This document shows positions 49,477 to 60,303 of a stretch of DNA of 64,000 bases, piece after piece. The notes under the pieces were generated by a model that was given only the letters and a program-made list of their open reading frames with translations, was not told where the DNA came from and did no database searches. Origin of the DNA: an uncultured Verrucomicrobiae bacterium (GTDB lineage Bacteria; Verrucomicrobiota; Verrucomicrobiia; Chthoniobacterales; JAFAMB01). Both the position numbers and the translations under genes were made by a program. The stretch covers positions 384,001 to 448,000 of the forward strand of contig CAWAIK010000003.1 in the NCBI GenBank assembly GCA_963782115.1, given 5' to 3'. Positions within the stretch are counted from its first letter, which is position 1. Every line of letters begins with the position of its first letter.

Positions 49477-49757
49477 AACCTAGCCCGCCCGAGTTCGAGA
49501 GAATCTCGGGAGATGCCGTCGTGGGCAGGGCGAATGCGTTCTCGATTTGCCCTTCCCATCACGTCAAAATTAGCGTCATCCCGCAAGATTCCGTGCAAAC
49601 GGGCCCAGATATCATGAAACTGCAATTCTACGTCGCCGGCTTGTTAGCTAAGAGACTTGTGCGCGGCGAGGTCTCAACGGGCAAGACGAAAGTTTCGAGG
49701 CTGAATTTAGAGTGCCTACTGCGGGCGGAGCTCCTCGCGTTGGTGGGCGAGTTGCTC

Positions 49758-50399
49758 TCAACGCGTCTCATGAGGACCGTGCTGAAACTCGTGCGACAAA
49801 TCCTTGAGCGACTGTGAATTGCCGTATTGTTCCACAACGTCGCCGCGCTTCAAAAGAAGCATGAAGGCAAGCATGTGGGCGGTGAGCAGTATCGGGACAA
49901 AAAGGGCTGGAATGTAGATTCCGGCACCGAAGAGTCCCACGTCGGCAGCTTGAGTGACGCCTTTATAGTAGGCGTTCAAAAGATCGGCCGTGCCCCAGAG
50001 ATTCAAGATCCAGACGATTGGAATTGCAAACGCCCAACGCCACGTGAGCGCCGCAATTGAAAAAAGCGCCAAGACTGCGGCGACGAAATCGCCCCATGCT
50101 ATTTGGTCACCGACCGCAGAGCTGAGTGCGGGAGATACGAATCCAATCACGATAAAGTTCATCCCCAAAAACCGAAACGCATGCAGAGAGGCGAGGATTC
50201 GTAGTGCGTTGTATCGGGGCAACGAACGAAGCGTTGGCCATACGTAGAGCTTGGCCACTACGAAGCTGGCGATGAAGGCGCCGATAACGCTCAGAACGAA
50301 GGGAAGATTGAAATGATTTGGTTGGGGCGAGGGCAACTGGGATTGCGCCACAGATGCCGCCGGGAGCATGGACATTAGTAAAGGGAACAGTAATTTCAT
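49758..50399 (-). CDS. Hypothetical multi-TM membrane protein
   Basis: LHAFRFLG, AWGDFVAAVLA, WGTADLLNA and IPALFVP.LL..H, with about five TM segments. Confidence 0.75.
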   Translation of the reverse strand: MKLLFPLLMSMLPAASVAQSQLPSPQPNHFNLPFVLSVIGAFIASFVVAKLYVWPTLRSLPRYNALRILASLHAFRFLGMNFIVIGFVSPALSSAVGDQIAWGDFVAAVLALFSIAALTWRWAFAIPIVWILNLWGTADLLNAYYKGVTQAADVGLFGAGIYIPALFVPILLTAHMLAFMLLLKRGDVVEQYGNSQSLKDLSHEFQHGPHETR

Positions 50400-50709
50400 C
50401 GTTTACCTCGATTCAATTTGGTTTGGTCAGGTTGTTGCGTTTGGACTCGTTGCAATTCCGACTGCGAAAGAGCTGTCACGAGTCCGCCTACGATCATCAG
50501 AAGGGACACGCGCTTTGAACTTGGGGAAGCGGTTGCGTGAGTTCTACCCCGATAAGGCGCTATAGCGACACCCGGCACGCCTCTCAGCCACCGTACTGCA
50601 CCGTTGAGTGCGACGACGGACGCAAAGCGCGAATCCGGAAGACCGTGAGTGTGTCGCGCTTTTGGCTCATGAGTGATTTTGACGACTTCAATTGGCATAA
50701 TCTTCACCA

Positions 50710-50729
50710 AAGATTACGTTAGTAATCTT
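50710..50729. promoter_or_regulatory. Putative TetR operator 1
   Basis: AAGATTAC-GTTA-GTAATCTT palindrome upstream of the membrane protein gene. Confidence 0.7.
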
Positions 50730-50742
50730 ACGCGGCAAATTT

Positions 50743-51342
50743 TTACCCCGCCTTTCCGGGGGCAAACGCCTCCAAATAAAATGACCGTGCTGCGGCCAGC
50801 ATGCGTTCACGGCCCTGCGGGTCCGCAATCGCTCGGGCGGCGACGAGTATGCCAGCCATTCCGGAGAACAAAATGAAGGCGCGGGCTCGCTTTTCCTCAG
50901 CCGTGCGACCGGAAATGTAGGGAAGCATGCGCTCGCCATAGGCCAGCATCGATTGATTAATTCGTTTGCGGACCTCCAGAGGCTGACGGGCGATCTCCGG
51001 CGCCAAAGCTGCGAGCGGGCAGCCGGTTCCAGGGGCATTCAGGTGTTTCGTGCTAAGGTATTGCTCTATCACGGTTCGTAACCCCGCACCTTTCGGGGCA
51101 GCTTCCGCGACTGCCACCAGCCGGTCGCCCAACTCCTCGAACGCCCGGGCGACCGCCGCTGCGTAAAGATCGCCCTTGCTCTCGAAATGGCGGTAAAAGC
51201 CGCCCTTGGTCAGACCCAGCTCCTTCATGACCTGGCCGATGCCGTTCAATTCAGACCCGTGCTCCCGGAACGACCGCGCAGCCGCCGCGAGGATTTTCTC
51301 GTGGGTCTCGGCTTTTTGCTCCGCAGGGTACCTCATGCTCAT
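50743..51342 (-). CDS. TetR/AcrR family transcriptional regulator
   Basis: KILAAAARSFREHG...GLTKGGFYRHFESK and GCPLAAL. Confidence 0.93.
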   Translation of the reverse strand: MSMRYPAEQKAETHEKILAAAARSFREHGSELNGIGQVMKELGLTKGGFYRHFESKGDLYAAAVARAFEELGDRLVAVAEAAPKGAGLRTVIEQYLSTKHLNAPGTGCPLAALAPEIARQPLEVRKRINQSMLAYGERMLPYISGRTAEEKRARAFILFSGMAGILVAARAIADPQGRERMLAAARSFYLEAFAPGKAG

Positions 51343-51343
51343 G

Positions 51344-51361
51344 AGATTACGTAAGTAATCT
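51344..51361. promoter_or_regulatory. Putative TetR operator 2 (autoregulatory)
   Basis: AGATTAC-GTAA-GTAATCT, abutting the tetR start codon. Confidence 0.7.
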
Positions 51362-51535
51362 TAAGGATGCAAGATCTTTTTGGAAGGTTCTGTGCAGGAC
51401 GGCCTCTGAAAGTTGACGCATAACGCGCACCCGTTGACATGCCCGTAGTGCTCCGTCCAGTTGGTCGGGTACTCGGAAGTTGGGACCAAACCAGCGTAGG
51501 CTAGCATAGCTCCGACGTCGGCACGTCGGGAAGAC

Positions 51536-52113
51536 TCAGGCTTCGCCGATCACCAAGCTTTCCCGAGCCGTTTCCACAACTGCTTTCGTAACTTCTTGAA
51601 GCGCATTGATTTCGAGAAATCGCTCGATTTGTGTCATAGTCGGTTCAGCAGGCGGAAGTTGCCGCCCGTTATCCGGATAATCGTCGCGACCGCTTCCGGG
51701 TCCCATGGCTGAGCGGGAAGATTCACCCCCGGCGGAGTCCAACGTTGTTCCAGCAGTTGGCGCGTCTCTGCCGCGGAAAGAGGTCGAAACTCATGGACAA
51801 ATCCGATGCGGGAGTAGAACTGCGGGTAACGTGCCAAGCGCTTCTCGATACCCGGCATCCCGATCAGAACCAAGCCGATACCCCCGTGGTCGAAAATACT
51901 TCGCACCTGCTCCAGCCCCGTCATTTTGAGACGGTCCGCCTCGTCAATCACAAGTAAGGTAGTCGGATCTGGCACGGCTCCTTCCACCCCCATCGCCCGA
52001 TCCCGTTGGTCGTAAAAAGCATTCTCCGCCGCGTCAGCTTCGGGACTGCGATAACCATTCGGGTTCTTTTGGGGGTCGCCTAATCGGTCGGCGCGGCGAA
52101 GGAGCCGCGTCAT
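51536..52113 (-). mobile_element. Transposon AAA ATPase (TniB/TnsC/MuB-like) fragment, frameshifted
   Basis: [10 protein letters not shown] (Walker B), [25 protein letters not shown] and [11 protein letters not shown]. It continues after a frameshift near 51636 as TQIERFLEIN...ARESLVIG. Walker A is absent. Confidence 0.75.
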
Positions 52114-52326
52114 ACGCGCGTGCTCGTACCGTCGTGCTCGTTTCGATCGCTACATTGTGTAACACGCCGCGGCTTTTGCTGATGTCTCGCTCCAGATGAC
52201 CAGGCGAGCTAACAACAGGAGAAGTGTAGAAGGCAGTGGTACCTCTGCTCGCCTCTTTAGCGAGTGCCTTGGTCCGGTTCTGAAGATTGCAGTAGGCCTG
52301 TACTTTGTCCCAGTTCGCATAATGAC

Positions 52327-52592
52327 GCTCTCTGCTCTCTCTATCGTTATCGTCATCGTCCTCGTGTTCGTTATCGATCTTTGAACGTTGCCGGCCATTG
52401 CGCTTCTGGAATCCGATAAGACAGCCGCTTGAAGAACCGCGTAGCTGCGTCCCTTGGCACTAAAAGCATCGAATCGAGGACGATAACGAGCACGAGCACG
52501 ATCGGTGGGGAAGAACGACGATCGGGTCGCTCCTTTCTCCCCCACTCCTTGAATTCTTTCCCTCCCACCGTTAATACCCCTGGTCGTGCAGT
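52327..52592 (+). repeat. 266-bp direct repeat, copy 2 (includes the hrpB upstream region and start codon)
   Basis: Matches 47987-48252 and ends 7 nt into hrpB. Confidence 0.95.
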
Positions 52593-55108
52593 CCCATCTC
52601 CCTATCTACGAGCTCCAACCGCGAATCATCGAATCTCTTCGCTCCTTCCCCCGCCTTATCCTTCAGGCGCCCACCGGTTCTGGGAAGTCAACCCAGGTTC
52701 CCCAAATGCTCTTGGATGAAGGACTGGCCGAGAATGGCCAAATTATCGTTTTGCAACCGCGCCGGTTACCGACGCGGATGTTAGCGGCGCGCGTGGCACA
52801 CGAAAGAAGCGTCCGTCTCGGCGAAGATGTCGGCTACCAGATCCGGCTCGACAATGTTTCCACCGCAAGAACTCGCATCCGTTTCGTGACAGAAGGTGTA
52901 TTGCTGCGACAGATGGTAGGTGATCCGCGCCTGGCCGGTGTGACGATTCTCATGTTTGATGAATTTCATGAGCGCCATCTCTACGGTGACATCGCGCTGG
53001 CTCGCGCACTGGAGATTCAAGCCTCGATTCGTCCGGACCTTAAAATCGTCGTCATGTCCGCGACGTTGGACACCGATTTGCTCGAGCCCCATTTGCGCCC
53101 CTGTAACGTGCTCACTTCGCAAGGACGCACATTCCCCGTCGACATTGAGTATCTAAAGCGCGAAACGATCGATGAGCCGCCGTGGGAAGTTGCGTCAGAC
53201 GCTTTTGCCCAGGCCCCGAACGACGGAGGAGACGTCTTGATATTTATGCCGGGCGCCTACGAAATCGGGCGTACCATTCAGGAACTCAAACGCTCCGATT
53301 TCAAGGGGGTGGTGCTGCCCCTTCACGGCGACCTGTCCCCAAGAGTGCAGGATGCCGCGGTCGCAACGTATCCTGAAAGGAAGATCGTGGTATCGACCAA
53401 CGTGGCCGAAACCTCTTTGACAATCGATGGCGTGACTCTTGTGATCGATAGCGGCCTCGCGAAGATCGCAAAATATGATCCGCATCGCGGTATCAACACT
53501 CTCATCACAGAGAAAATTAGTCAGGCATCTGCCGACCAGCGAGCCGGCCGGGCCGGGCGTACTGCTCCGGGACGTTGCGTTCGGCTGTGGTCCGAGCGAG
53601 ATCAATTGGGCCGGCGCCCGCAGGACCTACCCGAAATCAAGCGCCTCGACCTTGCCGAAGTCCTGCTTAACCTGAAAGCAGCCGGCGTCACAGATTTCGC
53701 CCGATTCGGCTGGATCGAGATGCCTGACCCCAATTCGTTAGGCCGGGCAATTGAGCTTTTGGAAGATCTCGGAGCGTTAGATCGCCAAAACGGCAAAATC
53801 ACCGGCCTTGGACATCGCATGCTCTCGTTTCCGATGCACCCGCGGTATTCCCGTATGCTCTTGATCGCAGACGAACTAGGTTGTGTGGCGACGGTCGCCC
53901 TTATCGCCGCGATTACCCAGGAGCGGCACTTGCTCAGACGCAGCGAAAACAACCAGATGGACCATGACCGGGAACTGTTGCTCGGCAAAGAGGTCGAGTC
54001 AGATTTCTTCGTGTTAATTCGCGCATGGCTGTACGCTCAGGAACATGGCGCGGATAAAGCTCGCCGCCTTGGCATTCGTTATGCCATCACCCAACAAATC
54101 GCACCGGTCTTCGAACAGTTGGTCGAGATCGCCAGAGCCGAGGGCTTGAACGTGGACAAAAAAGTCGATGAGTTCGATGCCGAAGCACTCGGTAAATGCA
54201 TGCTTGTGGGATTTTCGGATCATTTAGCCAAGCGCATCGATGCCGGGACGCTTCGCTGCGATCTTGTCCACCGTAGACACGGTGTCCTCGCGCGCGAGAG
54301 CGTCGTGCAAAAGAGCCCCCTGCTCGTTGCCGGCGAGATCCGCGAAATTCAGGGCCGAAATGACGAACTGATTATTCTGCTCTCCCAAGTCACGGGCGTC
54401 CGTGAAGAGTGGCTTCGCGAACTTTTCCCTGACGATTTTCGAGCGTTGGATCAGGTTTTCTTTGACCCGGTAACCCGGCGCGTGCAGGCCAGAAAAGACC
54501 TTCTTTTTCGGGATCTGGTACTTCAAAGCACAAAACTGGAGGCGTCTCCCGATGAAAGCGCATCCGAGCTCCTGGCAAAGGAAGTTATCGCCGGCCGGTG
54601 TTCGCTCGCACATTGGTCGCACGATGTCGAGCAATGGATCATTCGTCTCAACTGCTTATCGCGATGGTACCCCGAACTCGGACTGCCGACAATTGACGCA
54701 GAAGCTCGATTCCATCTGGTCCAACAAATTTGCCACCGCGCGGTAAGCTACAAAGAAATCAAGGAGCGGGCTGTATGGCCTATCGTTAAATCGTGGCTCT
54801 CGACCCTCCAGCAGCAGGCACTCGATCAATTCGCGCCGGCGCGATACGAATTGCCGACCGGTCGCCATGCCAAGCTCCAATACGTTGAGAACCAGCCTCC
54901 CCTCCTGTCCGCGAGAATTCAGGATTTGTATGGAGTCGACGGATCGTTGACGATCTGCGAAGGACGCGTCCCGATTCTTCTGCAGATTCTTGCGCCCAAC
55001 CATCGTCCGATACAAACCACGCAGAATCTGTCAACCTTCTGGAAAGAAGCCTATCCCAAGATCAAACAGGAATTGCAACGCAAATACCCGAGGCACGAAT
55101 GGCGTTAG
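52586..55108 (+). CDS. hrpB: ATP-dependent helicase HrpB
   Basis: APTGSGKST, DEFHER, MSAT, TNVAETSLT, QRAGRAGR and C-terminal LQRKYPRHEW. Confidence 0.95.
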   Translation: MQSHLPIYELQPRIIESLRSFPRLILQAPTGSGKSTQVPQMLLDEGLAENGQIIVLQPRRLPTRMLAARVAHERSVRLGEDVGYQIRLDNVSTARTRIRFVTEGVLLRQMVGDPRLAGVTILMFDEFHERHLYGDIALARALEIQASIRPDLKIVVMSATLDTDLLEPHLRPCNVLTSQGRTFPVDIEYLKRETIDEPPWEVASDAFAQAPNDGGDVLIFMPGAYEIGRTIQELKRSDFKGVVLPLHGDLSPRVQDAAVATYPERKIVVSTNVAETSLTIDGVTLVIDSGLAKIAKYDPHRGINTLITEKISQASADQRAGRAGRTAPGRCVRLWSERDQLGRRPQDLPEIKRLDLAEVLLNLKAAGVTDFARFGWIEMPDPNSLGRAIELLEDLGALDRQNGKITGLGHRMLSFPMHPRYSRMLLIADELGCVATVALIAAITQERHLLRRSENNQMDHDRELLLGKEVESDFFVLIRAWLYAQEHGADKARRLGIRYAITQQIAPVFEQLVEIARAEGLNVDKKVDEFDAEALGKCMLVGFSDHLAKRIDAGTLRCDLVHRRHGVLARESVVQKSPLLVAGEIREIQGRNDELIILLSQVTGVREEWLRELFPDDFRALDQVFFDPVTRRVQARKDLLFRDLVLQSTKLEASPDESASELLAKEVIAGRCSLAHWSHDVEQWIIRLNCLSRWYPELGLPTIDAEARFHLVQQICHRAVSYKEIKERAVWPIVKSWLSTLQQQALDQFAPARYELPTGRHAKLQYVENQPPLLSARIQDLYGVDGSLTICEGRVPILLQILAPNHRPIQTTQNLSTFWKEAYPKIKQELQRKYPRHEWR

Positions 55109-55212
55109 AAGAAAGGTATCGGCTTGTCGCCGTTCCACTACATTTCTGCCCAAGCCGATCTATATGAGCGAAGGTATGACGACAGGTCCACGATACGTGT
55201 TTCCTGAGGCGT

Positions 55213-56088
55213 TTAATTGGAATTCTCCCTCCACGCTTTGCCCGACTGATAACTCACCATGCGACGCTGATAGTATGGGATATCCTGTTGCGAGCCGAGC
55301 AGAATCGCCTTTTCTTCCCACTTTTGCGCGGACCTGAAATCCCCGGCTTCGGCATACCCAGCGGCCAGAACGTCGAGCACTGTGTCATCTTTCCACTGGG
55401 TCAGTTTTGCGGCTTCGGTCGCTAGTGCAACCGCACTGGCTCCGTTCCGAATCTGCGCGTCCGAAGTCGTAGCATACAGCCATGCTGCGCCAGCTCGACA
55501 AGTCGGATCGGTTTTTGACAGTCTGATGGCACTCTGGAAATCGGTCAATGCGTCGTTCTTGCGACCGAGTCTGCTGAACGCATTCGCTCTGAGCGTATAG
55601 AGCTGCGCCAAATTCAACCGATTGGCGTCCCCTGCGTTGTTCTGAATCGCTGCGTTAACTGCCTCAATCGTGTCATTTGGTCGATTCAAATTCGAAGCAG
55701 CAACCGCTCGAGCAGCCTGAAGCCACCATCTGTCGGGATGCTGTTTTCCAGCTTTGGTTGCGGCTTTGAACGCCTCTTTCCACTTCCCGTTCTCCACCAT
55801 CGCGCCAATCTGACTCGCCTCTACTTTTTCCTCCGGCGTGAACTTGTGCCCGGGTGGAAAAATCTCCTGAGGAACCTGCTCGACGGTTGGCCCTTGGGAT
55901 CTGTTCGCCCGGTGATGCCTGGTGTAATGATGTTTTGAACTCCTGCCCTTATAGGTTCCATGCTTACTCGATCCCGCGTTTTTGCTCGAAGTCTTGTGCT
56001 TTGACTGGCTTGCCGATTCTGCAAGACCGGAATTGATTGCGAGAGAGAACAGGATAAAGAACGCACTAAAAATCTTCGCCTTGCGCAT
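55213..56088 (-). CDS. Exported TPR-repeat protein
   Basis: Signal peptide, basic low-complexity linker, and TPR motifs AWLYAT...AVALATEA...LDVLAAGYAEAGDF. Confidence 0.8.
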   Translation of the reverse strand: MRKAKIFSAFFILFSLAINSGLAESASQSKHKTSSKNAGSSKHGTYKGRSSKHHYTRHHRANRSQGPTVEQVPQEIFPPGHKFTPEEKVEASQIGAMVENGKWKEAFKAATKAGKQHPDRWWLQAARAVAASNLNRPNDTIEAVNAAIQNNAGDANRLNLAQLYTLRANAFSRLGRKNDALTDFQSAIRLSKTDPTCRAGAAWLYATTSDAQIRNGASAVALATEAAKLTQWKDDTVLDVLAAGYAEAGDFRSAQKWEEKAILLGSQQDIPYYQRRMVSYQSGKAWRENSN

Positions 56089-56239
56089 CGACAATCAATC
56101 AGTTGAGTCGAACTATATCGGCCACTGTTACCCGGGTCTCAAGTGAAAGCCAGCGATCAATTAATTCCCGCTGGTTCGCTTGCAACTCGCTGGAAATATT
56201 ATTTTCACTCGGCAATCCAACGCGCTACAATTTTCGCCG

Positions 56240-57298
56240 ATGATCGGGCTCGACGCACCCAAGGATGTCACCACACGGCTAAGCGGCTCCGTGTGGGGCC
56301 AGTTTGTCGGAGACGCCGCGGCTCTCGGTACGCACTGGATCTACGATCTCACCGAACTCCAAAAACTTTATCCCGGTGGCATCAACGGATTTGAGGCTCC
56401 TAAAGACGGTCATTATCATTTCGGAAAAAAGCCCGGAGACCAGACCCACTACGGCGACGGCGCGCTGGTTTTGCTCGAATCGCTCGCAAAAGAAGGCAGG
56501 TTCGACGCACGAGCGTTTGGGCGCAGCTTTGTGGAAGCATTTCGACCCGGTTCTTATCCCGGCTACATCGACCAGGCCACCCGCGGTACACTCGAAAATT
56601 TTCAGGCCTTCGCATCCTCTAATTCGGTCAACAGTTTCGATTTTCAACAAGGAGCAGACGATGATCAACTGGCGGCGGCCTCTCGCTTGGCAGCGTTGAC
56701 CGTTCGATATTGGCATGACCCAAGCCTTTTGATTGTGGTCGAAAAAGCGACCCGGGTCTGCCAGAACAAGGATCGCACGGTCGCCTACATGAAGTTCAAC
56801 GCTCTACTATTGTCAGAACTTCTCAATGGGCAGGACGTCCAGACAGCTCTTCGCCGCGCAGAAGAACAAACGCTTGCTGTCGAACCCCATCTTAGCGAGG
56901 AAATCACGGGCAAAACGCGCCAGGCTCTGGAGGCTATGCCGCGCGAGGTCACCGAGGCAACTTTGACCTTTGGCCAGGCTTGTCCTTTGCCCAAAAGTTT
57001 TCCCTCTTCGATTCACGCCTTGCTAAAGCATCCAAATGATTTTGAGAGCGCGATCCTCGCCACTCTACGGGCGGGTGGCGACAACGCCGGACGAGCTTCA
57101 ATGGTCGGCGCGTGGGTCGGAGCACACCTCGGGATCGCCGCGATCCCAAAGGCATGGACGGCCAAATTGAGCCAGGCAGACCGGATATCCTCAGCAGTAG
57201 AAAAGATCTTGTCGGATCGGCAACACGCGTTTGGAGGCATCGAAACGGCCCAACACCGAGCGGAACAACCGACGGCTATTTCGGGGACACGCCTATAA
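56240..57298 (+). CDS. ADP-ribosylglycohydrolase family protein
   Basis: [25 protein letters not shown] and [21 protein letters not shown]. Confidence 0.85.
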   Translation: MIGLDAPKDVTTRLSGSVWGQFVGDAAALGTHWIYDLTELQKLYPGGINGFEAPKDGHYHFGKKPGDQTHYGDGALVLLESLAKEGRFDARAFGRSFVEAFRPGSYPGYIDQATRGTLENFQAFASSNSVNSFDFQQGADDDQLAAASRLAALTVRYWHDPSLLIVVEKATRVCQNKDRTVAYMKFNALLLSELLNGQDVQTALRRAEEQTLAVEPHLSEEITGKTRQALEAMPREVTEATLTFGQACPLPKSFPSSIHALLKHPNDFESAILATLRAGGDNAGRASMVGAWVGAHLGIAAIPKAWTAKLSQADRISSAVEKILSDRQHAFGGIETAQHRAEQPTAISGTRL

Positions 57299-58510
57299 CT
57301 AGCGCCCGTAGCGCCCAAAGGAGTATCCTTTACTTGTGCGAAAACCCTTTACCGGTTTGACCGGCCCCTTGCGCTCCTCAAAAAGCGCCGTGTAGACATA
57401 GTTGAAGCCATCCAGCTTCTGCCGCGGAATTTTCTGACCCACATACCTTTCAATATCCAACATTGCTTTCAATTCTTCGGCGATCACCAAGGTGACAGCG
57501 TCTCCGACCTGTTCAGCTCGTCCGGTGCGCCCGATTCGATGGACGTAGTCTTCAGGATGCAGCGGAATATCGTAGTTGATCACATGCGTCACACCAGCGA
57601 CGTCAAGTCCGCGAGCTGCTATATCAGTCGCTACCAGCACTTCATATTTGCCGGACTTGAATCCCTCCAGCGCCGTGATCCGATCCTTCTGGGTCCGATC
57701 CGAATGAAGTACGGTGACCGAATGTTTCAATCTCTTGAGTCGATCCAAAATCTCGTCGGCAGCCTGTTTGGTCCGCGTAAAGACGAGAACACTTTTATAG
57801 TGTGTCTGCTCAAGCAACGAAACGAGGAGATCAAATTTCTGCGCCGAGGCCACCGGAAAAAAAGCGTGGGTCACTGTTTCAGCCACGGAGCGGCGTTCCC
57901 CGATTTCGACGATATCGGGATTTTTTAACACCCAGGAGCACAAACTCTCGATCTCAGGCGGAATCGTCGCCGAAAATAACAGTGTTTGTCGGGGCTGCGG
58001 GCAGAGTTGAACGATACGGCGGACGTCCGGCAGAAATCCCATGTCCACCATTCGATCGACCTCGTCGAGAACGAGAATCTCGATCGAATCCAGCTTCAGC
58101 ACGCCCTGCTCATGCAGATCCAAAAGCCGCCCCGGGGTAGCAACAATCACGTCGATCCCATAGTTCAAAAGGCTTTTTTGGCGATCGTAGCCGACCCCGC
58201 CGTAAAAGACGCCAATCTCGAGCTCCGTAAAACGCGCGTAATACTGGAACGCCGTCTCGACCTGGATAGCCAGCTCCCGCGTCGGCTCCAGGACCAGACA
58301 TCTCGCCGCACCTCGCTTTCCAAGAAGAGTGAGCACCGGAAGCGCAAATGCAGCCGTCTTTCCCGTCCCGGTTTGTGCGGATCCGACGACATCTTTTCCC
58401 TGCAGAATCAATGGGATACATCTCTCCTGGATTGGTGTTGGCTCGTTGAAGCCCAGGGATTGCACGCCATGCACCACCGCTTCTTGCACCCCAAGGTCCT
58501 GAAAACTCAT
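57299..58510 (-). CDS. DEAD-box RNA helicase (RhlE-like)
   Basis: Q motif, AQTGTGKT, PTRELA, DEVD, SAT, ARGLD and HRIGRTGR. Confidence 0.95.
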   Translation of the reverse strand: MSFQDLGVQEAVVHGVQSLGFNEPTPIQERCIPLILQGKDVVGSAQTGTGKTAAFALPVLTLLGKRGAARCLVLEPTRELAIQVETAFQYYARFTELEIGVFYGGVGYDRQKSLLNYGIDVIVATPGRLLDLHEQGVLKLDSIEILVLDEVDRMVDMGFLPDVRRIVQLCPQPRQTLLFSATIPPEIESLCSWVLKNPDIVEIGERRSVAETVTHAFFPVASAQKFDLLVSLLEQTHYKSVLVFTRTKQAADEILDRLKRLKHSVTVLHSDRTQKDRITALEGFKSGKYEVLVATDIAARGLDVAGVTHVINYDIPLHPEDYVHRIGRTGRAEQVGDAVTLVIAEELKAMLDIERYVGQKIPRQKLDGFNYVYTALFEERKGPVKPVKGFRTSKGYSFGRYGR

Positions 58511-58676
58511 CTCGCCCTCGAATTAACGGGCATTCCGCAAAATAAGCAAATTCCTTCGAACCAGCCGGGAATTCTGGAGTTGCGCGGGCGCAGGAGTTGC
58601 AGGAGATGTCCCCAAGACGCGGCGAAGAAAACGCCGCCCATCTCAATCGATTCGAAACAGATAGACTGTACTTCTT

Positions 58677-59141
58677 GTGGATCCACGTTCTGAACACTTG
58701 ACATTCACGGACGCGCACCGGCGAGTCCTCTTCATCTGTACTGGAAATTATTACCGCAGCCGCTTCGCAGAAGCGGTTTTCAATTACCATGCCGAGCAAC
58801 GGCAGATGCCTTGGACTGCTTTTTCGCGTGGGCTAGCTGTGCACCTGGTGGAAGGCGATCTTTCTACCTTCACAGCCGAGGCGCTGAATACTCGGCAAAT
58901 CGAACTTCGGCACACCGGCGCAGGACGAGCTCAACTCTCCGAAAAAAACCTCCTCGAATCAAACTATCGCATCGCCATGGATCGCTCAGAGCATTTCCGG
59001 ATGATGCTCAATCAATTTCCGATGTGGGCCGATCAGATTGACTATTGGGATGTTTCCGATCTTCCTTATCGCTCCTCCATCGACGCGCTGCCGGAGATAG
59101 AACTCAACGTCATTCAACTGCTGGAGACGGTTTCACGATGA
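58677..59141 (+). CDS. Low-molecular-weight phosphatase family protein
   Basis: VLFICTGNYYRSRFAE (CX5R). Confidence 0.85.
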   Translation: MDPRSEHLTFTDAHRRVLFICTGNYYRSRFAEAVFNYHAEQRQMPWTAFSRGLAVHLVEGDLSTFTAEALNTRQIELRHTGAGRAQLSEKNLLESNYRIAMDRSEHFRMMLNQFPMWADQIDYWDVSDLPYRSSIDALPEIELNVIQLLETVSR

Positions 59142-60010
59142 ACGGAATGATTTCCGTCGACCTCCCTGGCATCCGGAAGATCCGCAGTGGAAAAGTGCGC
59201 GAGGTTTTCGACCTTGGGGAGACTCTCCTCATCGTCGCCACCGATCGCATCTCCGCTTTCGATTGCATTCTCCCCGATCCTATCCCTGGAAAGGGCGAGA
59301 TCCTGACGCAGCTTTCGGCGTTTTGGTTTCAAAAATTCCACGGGATTCCAAATCACTTCATCACGGCTGATTTCGAGGAATTTCCTGAGATCCTGAAGCC
59401 CCACTCCATGTTGCTTGGCGGCCGTTCAATGCTCGTCCGAAAGTCGATTCCGCTTCCAATCGAATGCGTCGTTCGAGGTTACCTTGCTGGATCAGGATGG
59501 AAGGAATACCGGGAATACGGAACCGTAGCCGGCATCAATTTGCCCCCTGGCCTCGAACAAGCGGCGCGGCTGCCTGATCCGATCTTCACGCCGGCAACCA
59601 AAGCGGAATCCGGCCATGATGAAAATATCTCGTGGGCAAAATGCTGCCAGATCCTCGGACGCAAAAGTGCGACGATCGTGCGGGATCTCAGTCTCAGCAT
59701 TTATAGCGACGGCAGTTTTCACGCAGTTAACCGCGGCATCATCATCGCGGATACCAAGTTCGAGTTCGGGCTTCACGGCAACGAAATGCTTTTAATCGAC
59801 GAGTGTCTGACTCCCGACTCTTCACGGTTTTGGCCGGCAGACTGCTACTCGGTGGGTGCCAGTCCGCTCAGCTACGACAAACAATTCGTTCGCGACTACC
59901 TGGAGAGGCTAGACTGGGACAAAACCCCGCCCGCGCCTCGTCTGCCGCCGGAGATAATCGAAAAGACCTCCAAGAAATATCAAGAAGCGTTCAGCCGGCT
60001 CACTCGCTAG
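59138..60010 (+). CDS. purC: SAICAR synthase
   Basis: GKVREVF, TDRISAFD, ECVVRGYL, ADTKFEFG, TPDSSRFW and DKQFVRD. Confidence 0.96.
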   Translation: MNGMISVDLPGIRKIRSGKVREVFDLGETLLIVATDRISAFDCILPDPIPGKGEILTQLSAFWFQKFHGIPNHFITADFEEFPEILKPHSMLLGGRSMLVRKSIPLPIECVVRGYLAGSGWKEYREYGTVAGINLPPGLEQAARLPDPIFTPATKAESGHDENISWAKCCQILGRKSATIVRDLSLSIYSDGSFHAVNRGIIIADTKFEFGLHGNEMLLIDECLTPDSSRFWPADCYSVGASPLSYDKQFVRDYLERLDWDKTPPAPRLPPEIIEKTSKKYQEAFSRLTR

Positions 60011-60126
60011 AGTGTCAGTGGGAGCGCCAGTGTCAGTAGGAGAAAAGAAAACGGTTCAGGGGTGGTCCCCATTCCGCTGAGAAGGGATCACCCTCCGGGA
60101 TGAAAAGCAGTCGCCACTCCCCAACC

Positions 60127-60303
60127 CTACTTTTTCTCAGGTGCGCTATCTTCCTCTTCAGAACCACGCCCGCGTGTCCATGCAGGCGGATCGCTTGCCG
60201 GGAACGATTCTTCGCCCGCTTCCTCCACTTCAAATTCGGCGGGGGCGTCCTCGAAAGATTTCCCGTCTGGTCGACTCTCTTCCTCAGGTGTTTTCGCGCT
60301 CAT
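60127..60303 (-). CDS. Small acidic protein with SFPASDPP motif
   Basis: EVEEAGEESFPASDPPAW, a motif recurrent in small bacterial hypothetical proteins. ATG at 60303. Confidence 0.7.
   Translation of the reverse strand: MSAKTPEEESRPDGKSFEDAPAEFEVEEAGEESFPASDPPAWTRGRGSEEEDSAPEKK

Noticed and set aside
50396..50710. 104-aa ORF between tetR and the membrane protein gene
   Set aside because: No recognisable family and its start overlaps the operator. It may be a decayed gene, but I cannot support a call.
47987..52592. CRISPR array
   Set aside because: Only two long repeats and degenerate hexamers. There is no regular repeat-spacer pattern and no cas genes.
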